This document shows positions 31,578-44,622 of a DNA stretch of 64,000 nt, one piece after another (position 1 is the first letter of the stretch; each line of letters opens with the position of its first letter). The notes beneath the pieces are model-generated. The model saw only the letters and a list, made by a program, of their open reading frames with translations. It did not search any database and was not told the DNA's origin. The DNA is from the human T2T-CHM13v2.0 reference genome, Homo sapiens, in NCBI RefSeq assembly GCF_009914755.1, contig NC_060929.1, one strand, 5' to 3'. The translations under genes and the position numbers were made by a program.

Positions 31578-32270
31578 TGTTACCGGCGGGTCTTTGTTCT
31601 TAGACCTGGGGTTCTTGGCCTCACGGATTCCAAGGAATGGAACGTTGGGCCATGCGGTGAGTGTTACAGCTCTATTGGAAGCCGTGGGTCACGGAAGAGA
31701 ACTGTGGAACCCAGCGACTAGTGTGCAGCTCATTTAGGACAAACCCGGGCACTTAGCCACGCAGGAACAATGGCCAGCCTCTAGTCCGATCAGGAGCGGC
31801 AATGGGAGCCTCGCTGAATAAGCACAGCGGACACCCTGCCGGATCCAGAGGGGTGGAAGTCAGCGGTGGGTCTGTGACGACTGCGATCAGCACCACGAGC
31901 TAAAGCTCAGCTCGAGCCGGAACAAACACAGACCAGAAGAGTGTGTAGTTGCAAGACTTAATAGAGTGAAAACAGAACTCCCATACAAAGGAGGGACCAA
32001 AAGGGGGTTGCCCAATCCAGCTCGAATGCCTGGGTTTATATCCCCATCATTGTCCCTCCCCCTGTGCTCTCAGGCGATAGCTGATTTGACTGTTTCTTTA
32101 CCTCCTGCTTTTAGCCTAATTGGTATTTCAGTGAGCTCCCTTTACTACCTGATTGGTCAGGTGTGAGCTGAGTTAGAAGCCCGGTGTTTAAAGGTGGGAG
32201 TGGTCACCTTCCCCAGCTAGGGTTAGGAATTCTTATTTGGCCTAGGAAATCCAGCTAGTCCTGTCTGTCA
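31578..32270 (-). mobile_element. ERV1 solo LTR, LTR17/LTR30-like (HERV-W/HERV30 clade), about 693 bp
   Basis: Minus strand begins TGACAGACAGGACTAGCTGGATTTCCTAGGCC...GGGAAGGTGACC and ends ...GGTAACA (TG...CA). It has CCAAT boxes and a GATATAAA TATA box and closely resembles the HERV-W LTR. Exact subfamily not resolved by eye. Confidence 0.88.
31637..31656 (+). CDS. ERGIC1: Candidate alternative first coding segment (MERWAM-R), LTR-derived, splicing in frame to exon 4
   Basis: GGA-ATG-G Kozak context at 31637; second in-frame ATG at 31652; in-frame upstream TAG at 31601; donor GCG|GTGAGT at 31657. Phase 2 matches the exon 4 acceptor. Confidence 0.6.
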
Positions 32271-33442
32271 TAACCTCCTGGGCTCCTGTTTGCCTCTCTC
32301 CCTCCAGCTCCTTTGCTCTTGGTGGCCTCTGATTGGGGCCAACACTACAAGCAAGGTCAAGCGCAGGTCCGTGTCTCCCCTCTCCCATCCTAAGGCTTCC
32401 CAGGACCAGGGCCCTCCTTCATTTTCTTCCTTGACCCTGATGCTGAGGAGAGGGCTGGGAGGCAGCCTGAGCTGTGGAAAGGCTGGGTTGAGATTCTAGC
32501 TCGGCCATTTCCTAGCATGTGACTCCGGGGATGGGACACACCCTCTCCGAGCCTGTTCCCTGGTTTTAAGATGGGGCTCAGGGCATTTCACAGGCGCACA
32601 TGGGACAGCATGAATGCACGTAGTAGGCCTCCCCCAGCTTAACGAGTGGAGGCCCATCTGTTGCACTCTTGTCTCTGGGAATATCCTTGTGGGCCCCACA
32701 GAGAAGCCCCAGGTGTCTTTTCAGAGCCCACCGTTCCTTGTGAACAGCATCACACCGGGTGCTAGGGGCGCAAAGATGTGGTCTTAGTAAAAACGAAATT
32801 CCTTTGCCTTGGTCTGACTCATTCTTTCCCTAAGATGTGGCCATTTACAAAGCTCTCTTGGAGTCTTCATTGCTTAGATAGGGCAGTTCTCTTTTATTTA
32901 TAGCCTAGGGACTGGACCCAAGGGGCCTAATAAATGTTTAAAATAACCACAGCCCAGCCACCTGAAGCACTGCCCCTTCAGCCGCCCCCTAGGCCAGGCC
33001 TTTAGATTTGGTTCCCTCTGGGTGGGGGGCATTATCGGGGAATCAGATGCGGCCATCAGACATCCAGCAGCTACTTGGGGATGCCTCAAGACACCTGGGC
33101 TCAGCACAGCTTCTGGCACTCAGCACCTCTCCCTCCTGCTGGTCCTGTTCCTCTTCCAAGGGCTCTCAGCCCAAAGAATGGGTCCAGGAAGAAACACAGC
33201 AGTGTGTCTGCATTCCCCCCTCACCTCACCCTCCTCCGCCCAGTCCCATCCATCAGCAAGTCCCGCCTGCTCTACGTGGGTTCCTACAGCCCTCCTCCTC
33301 TCCATTCCCATCCCACCCCATCCAAGGCGCCGCCATCCCCTGCCTGGTCTCCCTCTTGCACAGCAGCCCCTCCAGTGGGTCTTCCTTGCAGCAGCCAGAG
33401 GGAGCCCGTGTGAGTGGGAGCCTGACCCCGTGGCTGTGCTCA

Positions 33443-33872
<430 letters not shown>

Positions 33873-34235
33873 CTACGCATCCCCCAGACCTCAATCACAC
33901 CTCAGAGAGGTCTTCCCAGCCCCTTCTCCCCAAAGGTCAGTGGCCCTGTAGTCCCTGTCATGGCCCCCTGCAGCTTTCTGTCAAGTACTAATCAGCGTTG
34001 GGGGTGGCAGCATATTTAGGGGCTGAGTGATGTCTGGTTCTTGTGTCTATAAGCTTGCAGAAGGTAGAGACAGCATCTGTCTGATTCATTGCTGCTTCTG
34101 GCTCCTGACAGGTAGTAGGTACTCAAAAAAGTATTTGTTGAGCAAATTTGGATTGCTAACAGATGCCAACACTGTGCTGCTGACAGCAAGGTGACATGGC
34201 TGTCTGTGGAGCCACCTGCCCCTAAATATGGCCGA

Positions 34236-35083
<848 letters not shown>

Positions 35084-35316
35084 TCAGGGAATTCCTGGCT
35101 TCCCGGCTGGGGGAAGGGGACCTCAGGAGAGGAGGCTGTAAGGTCCTCTGTGCCTGCTGGCGCCAGGCCCTGATCCCTTATAAGACCCCTATTTCTCATT
35201 TTAGTGTTCAAACCACCTTATTCGTAGTGGGTGGTGTTATCCCCACTTAACAGGTGTGTTCACAGAGGTGAGCATAGGAAGTGCCAGAACCAGAATTTGA
35301 ACTTGAATCTGTCTGA

Positions 35317-35817
<501 letters not shown>

Positions 35818-35894
35818 TGATCCCCGGCTGTCCCCCGCAGTTGAGATCTTTGCCGCCATCTCAACAAAGGTTCCTATACTTGTCTTTCCCCTAG

Positions 35895-35989
35895 TGTGAA
35901 CGAGCTCTATGTCGATGACCCAGACAAGGACAGCGGTGGCAAGATCGACGTCAGTCTGAACATCAGTTTACCCAATCTGCACTGCGAGT
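35895..35989 (+). CDS. ERGIC1: ERGIC1 coding exon 4 (95 nt): VNELYVDDPDKDSGGKIDVSLNISLPNLHCE, with an N-I-S glycosylation sequon
   Basis: ctttcccctag acceptor; T|GTGAGT donor at 35990. ORF track 35896.. shows the same peptide. Frame is continuous with exon 3. Confidence 0.97.
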
Positions 35990-36239
35990 GTGAGTACTCC
36001 ACGCAGCCCCTCCCTCCAGCAGGACACCTCCTTAGGGCAAATGTGTGTGTGCAGAAATGGCAAGATCTCCAGGACAAGCCAAGCCAACATATGGTTCTCC
36101 CCACTCTTTTTTGGAGGAGAATATAATTGCGTATGCATGCACTTGGAGGTTTTCTGGCATAATAAACACAAGACACTACTCATAGGGGTTAACCCTGGAG
36201 AGCAGCTGATTTGGTGCAGGGAGGTGGGATGTCTCTTAG

Positions 36240-36680
36240 GGTCATGTTACAGCTTCGCAGCAGAGCCTGAGAGTCTCATGCAAGTGACTTGTTGAGGGGA
36301 GGAAGCTGTAAGGGAGAAACGCAGGATAGGGCAGTACGACAGGATAAGCAAAGATGTGTGTTCAGCTGAAGTCCAAACTCAGCCTGATCTCACAGGATGC
36401 TGTGGGGTGTGAATGACACCATAGCATTTGTCACACCCAATAGCAATGGGACCAGGCTGTTATTATCCATGTCATTGGGTAATGGCTGCAGAGTGGTGTG
36501 CGTGGCAGGGGTCATATCACCTCCCAAGCATCTCAAGCAAGAAGACCTCCGTTCAGCCAAGAGTATTCATCTGGAGAAGGGCGCAGCTCTGAGTCATTGG
36601 CAGCTGACACCTAGAGAAGCTGGAGCGGTCCACCATCCATGAGAGAGTGCAGGACAGGGCTCAAGAGCATCTGCAACAGT
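36240..36680. mobile_element. Old ERVL LTR (LTR16-like)
   Basis: gcagagcctgaga...gcaagtgacttgttgagggg...tcagctgaagtc...cagcctgatctcacagg resembles the LTR16 family as recalled. Confidence 0.5.
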
Positions 36681-36740
36681 GAAGGGCTGGGAGATTCCCT
36701 TTTTGACTTCACACCTATTTTGTTTTAACCAAAAGAATGA

Positions 36741-37077
<337 letters not shown>

Positions 37078-38444
37078 TGAAGTCTGATTTGGAGTCAGAT
37101 CCTGGCTCCTTTGCTGGCTAAAACTGTGACCTTGGCTAGGGTGACCTCTCCGAGCCTCAGATTCCTCATCTGCAAAATGGGCTTAGTAATGTCTGTTGTC
37201 TGAGGTTCTTGGGAGAATCTAATGCCATGGTCCCTAGACTTGTCAGCGAGTGGACTGGGCGCCCTCTCCTGGACTGGGGTTCCAGCCGTCCCTCTGCCCA
37301 GCCTGGCACAGAGCCTGCTGCAGGCCCTTCTCTCCCCACCCCCTCTTCCTGTTAAAGGACACAGCTGAGAGAACACTGGGTGCATCTCCGGCCAGAGATA
37401 GGAAGAGTCTCAGCCCTGTCATTGCTTTTGGTGAGATTTACGTCACAATTTTGAATCCTCGCTGGGCCCCAAGCCAGGGAACCTGTTGAAATAGGTCGGT
37501 CTTATTTTTTGTTATTTTTTTTCTTTCACTTAGAAAAATAATTCATCTGGCAGATTCTCATTCAGGAGTGACTGTATCTCTGGAACAAGGAAATTCTTAG
37601 TCAGACCAGAGGACTGGGACAAGTGTGGTAGGAAAGGGAAGAGATGTGGTTCCAGGAGGGGCCAGGCAACCTCCACCCCATTCCCTGCCATGCCCTGCTG
37701 GATCTGTGGGGCTATAACCTGAACCCCCAACCCCCTCACCCCTGTTAGAGCCCAGCATTCTGGCTTTTCTTTAAAAGAACTTCACATTTTTATTATAGGA
37801 AAAAACGCATGCTCATCATTGTACTTCTGGAGAACACAGGGAAGCAAAAGAGATCACCCATAACTCTGCCACCCGACAGCAGTGTTGGTGACATTTTGAC
37901 ATCATTCTGTCCAGCTGGCCTTCCTTTCTGTGTTTCTGAACATAGCTGAGATCGTACTGCATGTATGATCTCATATCCTGCTTTTAAAAATAATATTCTT
38001 CATTATACAACTAATAGACTATATTTCAATCTTAAGACATACATTCAAAAATACAAAAATAATATGTTTTTTAAAAAGCAAAAGTACCCCTCCCCTGTCC
38101 CCCTTCTTGTCCCAGCATGCCATCTTCCCCAAAGGACACCTCTGCTAGCAGGTGGGGCCCCCGTTCCCTACCCCTACATGTGTGTGCGTGTCTGTGAACA
38201 TATATTGGGTTTGGGGTTGTTTTTGTTGTTATTGTTGTTTTTTCTTTTTACATAATTAATTGGGACCCTACCATATGGGAACCTTCTGGAGTTTCTTTTT
38301 TTTTTTTTTTCTAGCTAGTGTCTTGGAGCTGTTCTCATATTACTCATAATATGAGTAAAATAATAACAGCTGCCATTTATTCCATTCTTCCAGGCCAGGC
38401 CCTGTCCTGCGTCCTTTGGCTATATTAAATCCACTGGGATTTGA

Positions 38445-39304
<860 letters not shown>

Positions 39305-40173
39305 TAACCCTCACAACAAGCCTGTGATAGAAGAGGAAACTGAGGCACAGAGATTAGGTAACCTGCTCGAGGTCTCAGCGCTAGTAACTCAGCCACTGAT
39401 CTGCTCTGAGCCTCCTCCACGCACCTGCATTTAGCCCATTCTTTGTACCTGCCGCACGGCACTGGGAAGAGGGCTGTTCCACTGGCTCCAGTGACAAGCA
39501 GTTGAATTGCTTCCAGTTGCCACTATTTCAGATAAGGTTGCCTGAGCAGCTTTGCACACACATCTGGACACACATTGTGGATCTAGAGGACAGGCTGCCA
39601 ACATTGGAACTGCTGAGTGAAAAGCGGACCTGCTTGTGTTTTCTCTAAACTTCACATTATACCATTGGCATTTCCCATGTCCTGTGGACCCGTGAGGGTC
39701 ATTTCGAATGGCTCCAGCACGTTCCCTTCTATGGCTGGATCCTCACTTACTTCTCTGTCCTCATCGAGGAACACAGAGTTGTTCCCAATTTTCCCTTTTA
39801 AGGTTGTCCCTCTTTAAAATTGCTTCCAGCTGTTCTTCCTCTGTATGGCACCTCCTTTCTAGCGCTCCTGCCAGGGAAATTCCTACATTTCCATAGTTCA
39901 CAGGGATCATCTCACCACTGGCTACTTGGACCATCTCTGGGGATGCAGTTGGCATTGGCCTGCCCATTTTACAGATGGGGAAGCCATCTGAGTCCCAGTG
40001 AGGTGACAGAGGGCAGGGCCTATCTTTTCCCTTTGTGCATTCCTGGTGCTTATCATAGGGCTGGTAGCATAGGCGATGGGTAAAGGAAGGTGTGAATGAA
40101 TGAATAAGTGAATGATGGATGAATGGATGGGGGGCCTGAGCCTATTCACCCCATAAACCCAAAAACTCTCTGA

Positions 40174-40519
<346 letters not shown>

Positions 40520-40942
40520 TTATTAAGCACTTTCCACCTAGCGTTCATCAGACCCTAAGCATTTTCTACATCTATGAACTATTTGATCCCCATAATCTTT
40601 CAAGGAGGGTTCAATTATGGTCAGCCCCCCATCTTACAGAGAAAGAAACTGAGGCATCCAGAGGTTAAGTACCTGAGGCAGGACCCAGATTCAGAGGACC
40701 AGTATGGCAGACCCCAGGGTGGCCCCGGGACCCCTACTATGCACTGCCCCCCTCGCCTCACGTTTAGCGGAGTCATTGTCCTGTCCCCTGTAGTCTTTGG
40801 ACCCCAGACCATGAGCTCCTGGAGGTCCCCAGCCCGGCCTGCCCCTGCAATGGATGAATGAAGGCTCCCAGAGAGAACAGGCTGGCCCCCATCCTCCCGC
40901 GTCTCTGGGTTTGTGACTGTTGTCTCCCTTTGGCTCCTGCAG

Positions 40943-41067
40943 TGGTTGGGCTTGACATTCAGGATGAGATGGGCAGGCACGAAGTGGGCCACATCGACAA
41001 CTCCATGAAGATCCCGCTGAACAATGGGGCAGGCTGCCGCTTCGAGGGGCAGTTCAGCATCAACAAG
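40943..41067 (+). CDS. ERGIC1: ERGIC1 coding exon 5 (125 nt): LVGLDIQDEMGRHEVGHIDNSMKIPLNNGAGCRFEGQFSINK
   Basis: ctcctgcag acceptor; AAG|GTATGG donor at 41068. Carries the Erv41/46-type D-D-G and GC-G motifs. Codon 98 (40984-40986) reads GTG/Val. Confidence 0.97.
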
Positions 41068-41307
41068 GTATGGAAGCCCTGCCTCAGCCCTTTCTACCTG
41101 CTCCCCTTTCCTGCTGTCTCCCCGCTCCCTGGAAACTGGTTGTGGAGGCACTCACTCGACCTGACCCTGACACAGCCCCCAGCAAGCGAGGGTTTGTGTC
41201 CAGCTGCCTGGCCGTTCCTGCTGAGAATCTGGATGGGGGTCCAGGCTCCCTGGGGTTTTAAGCCCCTGATGGCTGGTTCAGGAAGGAGCTACTCTTCTCT
41301 CCAGTGA
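41068..41307 (+). CDS. ERGIC1: Candidate alternative C-terminus from read-through of the exon 5 donor (79 aa, VWKPCLSPF...SYSSLQ*)
   Basis: The exon 5 frame stays open to TGA at 41305-41307 (ORF track 40858..41307). Downstream intronic polyA hexamers at 41655, 44395 and 44540. Confidence 0.45.
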   Translation, partial: VWKPCLSPFYLLPFPAVSPLPGNWLWRHSLDLTLTQPPASEGLCPAAWPFLLRIWMGVQAPWGFKPLMAGSGRSYSSLQ

Positions 41308-42701
41308 GGGGGACAATGATGAGAAGACCTGAGGATTTGCAGCCCCCAGCCCTGGGTTCAAGTCCCAGCTCTACCCCTTCTTGGCCCCTACAAGTCACTT
41401 GACCCATCTTAGGCTGAGGGTGTGATGGCGATAATAGTATCACGATACCACCCACTTCACAAAGTTTGTGTGGGGATTAAATGAGCTAATGCAGATTCAT
41501 TCATTCAGAAAAATTTTTGAATGGCACGTTCTGTGTTCCAGGGTCGGTGATAGGCTCTGGGGCAGCGTTCCTGGGCTGGTGGGGCTCCCATTCTGGTAGA
41601 GGGAGACAGTCTACAAACCAGAAAGCATCAGGGATGCTAAGTGCAGTGATGAGGAATAAAGCCAAGGGGAGTGAGATGAGGTGGGCTTGAAAGTACCTTG
41701 TCCGCTCAGAAGGACCATTCAAGGTTCACTGTTGTTTTGTCCTCAGAACCAGGAGCTTCAGATCCTAAGTCAAGTGGGTGAACGCAGTGCCCTTGGGAGG
41801 GCCGAGGCACCCGGTGGCAGCTGGCAGGGTTTTGCTCAGCACGTGCCGGCCTTCCTCGAAGCTCGGTACTGTCACAGTGGAGCCTCTCAACAACGCTGTG
41901 AGGCAGCACCATTTGACAGGTTAGGATGCTGGGGCCCAGAGAGGTTAAGTGTCTTGCCCGAGGTCACACAGCTATCTGCATGTCCCACAACTCCCCTTCC
42001 CAGCCCCAGCCAAACTGAGCCACTGGCCACTCCTGGCTTCTCCTTGTCCCTCCTGCAGCCTCTGCTCAGAACGCCCTTCCTCCAGACCCTGACACCTGAG
42101 CTGGGGTTGCAAAGTCACTGGCCACATCCAGCCCAAAGATAAATTTTGTTTGTCCAGTATAGCATTTAACTGCATCAGAACCAGTATGAAAAGACCAGGA
42201 ATCCAGATTTCTGGCTTTTAAAAGTCAGAGGCTCTCACTACACTGGGTCCGTGTTCCCGCTATGACAATGACCTGGCACCAATGGGCAGTGTTCCCCTTT
42301 AGAGAGGGTGTGTGCTGTCCCTTCCCACAGTCCCTGGCAGGCGGCTGGAAGGCCAGGCCTGGTCATCTGTCAAGCAGGGTGGACTTCTTACGTGACAGTT
42401 CAGGGCTCCCTTAAGTGCTAAAGCAGAAGCTGCAAGGCTTTCTTAAGGTTTCGAGTGTTGCTGGGAGAAATCTGCTGCATGTTGTGGGTTAAAGGGAGTC
42501 TCTCACCAGCCCAGGCCCTCAGGAGGAGGAGATACCAGGAGGCAGGGATGCTGGGGGTCGTGGTTCACTGGGGGCTCTCTCTGCCCATGAGCTGCCACAC
42601 AGCACCTTTGCCATGCCCCGTAATTTGGATTTTATGGTGGTTGTGATGGAAAGCCATTTGAGGGTTTTGAACAGGGAGGCAATGTAATCAGATTTATGCC
42701 T

Positions 42702-42900
42702 TAGAACTGGACTATCCAATAGGTTGCCACCAGCCACATAAGGCTATTTAAATTAATTCAAATTAAATGTACAATTCAGTCACTCATTCTCATCAACCAC
42801 ATTTCAAGTGCTCAAAGCCACGTGCTGGCTAGGGGCCACAGCGTTAGACAGTGCAGAGAGAAAGCACTTCCATCGCTGAGGAAAGTTCTGCTGGACCGCA
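42702..42900. mobile_element. MER3-like hAT-Charlie relic
   Basis: ccaccagccacataaggctatttaaattaatt...ccacatttcaagtgctcaaagccacgtg...gaaagttctgctggac. Confidence 0.7.
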
Positions 42901-42923
42901 CACCCTTAGAAGGATGGCTCTGG

Positions 42924-43229
42924 TGGCCGGGCGCGGTGGCTCAAACCTGTAATCCCAGCACTTTGGGAGGCCGAGGTGGGTGGATCACGAGGTCAGGAGA
43001 TCGAGACCATCCCGGCTAACATGGTGAAACCCTGCCTCTACTAAAAATACAAAAAAAAACAAAATTAGCCGGGCGTGGTTGCGGGCACCTGTAGTCCCAG
43101 CTACTCAGGAGGCTGAGGCGGGAGAATGGCATGAACCCGGGAGGTGGAGCTTGCAGTGAGCCAAGATCGTACCACTGCACTCCAGTCTGGGCGACAGAGT
43201 GAGACTCCATCTCAAAACAAACAAAAAAA
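42924..43229 (+). mobile_element. AluY
   Basis: Y diagnostics: gagatcgagaccatcccggctaac and ggagaatggcatgaacccgggaggtggagcttgcag. Confidence 0.92.
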
Positions 43230-43621
43230 GGATGGGGCTGGGCTGGAGAGGGTGGCAGGCAGTGGTTGTGGCAGTGGAGCTGGGGAGATGTGGTCGGATT
43301 AGGGAGGTAGAATCAATAAGACTCAGTGAAGAATCGGATGTGGGGGTAAGGGCACATGTGGAAGCAAAGAAACCTTTGACGTCTTTGTCTTGACAACCGG
43401 GTGGTCCTGTTTCTAGACATGGAAGCTTAGAAAAGCCTGGAGTCTGTGGGAAGTAGGTAGGGCTGGGCACTGGTCATTCCACTCTGGTTTCCTTTGGGGT
43501 TCCCATTAGGTGTCTACAGGGAGAGGTGAAATTGGAAGTTGGAGGTGTGGAGAGTTCAGGAGAGGGTTCTGGACCACAGATGTTGAGGTGGGAGTCATTA
43601 GTGAATAGATGATGTTGGAAG

Positions 43622-43795
43622 TCATGGGTCCTCAGAGTGGGGGCTCCTTAAGCCTCCAGGCCAGCAGCATCAGCATCACCTGGGAGATTGTTAGGAATGC
43701 AGATTCTCAGGCCCCCCTAAGACCCACCGACTCTGTGCTAGAACAAGCGCCCCTCAGAGATTCTGATGCCACTGAAGTTTGAGGAGCATTGGTTT
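43622..43795. mobile_element. MER5A relic
   Basis: ccagcagcatcagcatcacctgggagattgttaggaatgcagattctcaggcccc...gattctgatgc...aagtttgag. Confidence 0.8.
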
Positions 43796-43825
43796 AAGCA
43801 AGATTACCTACGGAGAGGCTGTAGA

Positions 43826-44622
43826 TCCGTGTTCTAAACCTGGGGTCCACAGACACCCCCAAGAAGAGCGGATTGAATGCAAGAGATCTATGAAGTTGGA
43901 TGGGGGAAAAATTGACATCTTTATTTTTGCTAAACTCGATCTAAAGTTTAGCATTTCCATCTGCGATGAATGTAGGCCACAAACCACAGTAGTATTAGCA
44001 GTGCCTGGGACCTCCTCAACAACAGAAATTGCCGGTATTTATAGCACGTTACAGTTGTTGCAGATAATTTCCAGAGACTGTTTATATGCACCACTGTTTT
44101 AAAATTACGGTGATTGGCCAGGTGCAGTGGCTCACACCTGTAATCCCAGCACTTTGGGAGGCCAAAGTGGGTGGATCACTTGAGGAGTTCAAGACCAGCC
44201 TGGTCAACATGTCAAAACCCTGTATCTACAAAAAAATACAAAAGTTAACCAAGCCTATGCTTGTAGTCACAGCTACTCGGGAGGCCGAGGTGGGAGGGTC
44301 TTCTGAGCCCAGGGAGGTAGAGGCTTCAGTGAGCTGAGATCGCACCACCACACTCCAGCCTGGGTGACAGAGTGAAACCCTTAATCAATCAGTCAATAAA
44401 AATTACAGTAATTATTAGACCCACCACTAGGTCATCTTATTTGATGCATCAGTAAAGCAGCATATTCAAATGTGGATTTTTAAATATTTTAATTACTATT
44501 TAAATATCTCTTTACTTTGTAATCCTATGCATTTTACGCATTAAAACATTTTAAGCATTTAAAACGTAGGTATCATTAGACTGGCAAAGGATCATCCGTG
44601 GCACCAAAAGCCTTAAGAACCT
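43826..44622. mobile_element. Charlie4-like hAT element with a nested Alu (44116-44402, +, AluJ-like)
   Basis: Termini gttctaaacctggggtccac... and ...gactggcaaagg...gtggcaccaaaagccttaagaacc; the Alu is flanked by AAAATTAC(G/A)GT(G/A)ATT. Confidence 0.65.

Noticed and set aside
31578-32270. Possible provirus or syncytin-like env next to the LTR
   Set aside because: No primer-binding site, polypurine tract or gag/pol/env ORF flanks it; this is a solo LTR.
40984-40986. Possible disease allele at Val98 or at splice dinucleotides
   Set aside because: The codon is GTG (Val) and all eight exons have intact AG/GT ends and an open frame; no lesion is visible.
40621-41151. 176-aa minus-strand ORF overlapping exon 5 (similar ones overlap exons 4, 6, 8 and 9)
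   Set aside because: Antisense shadow of GC3-rich coding sequence with no recognisable protein features.
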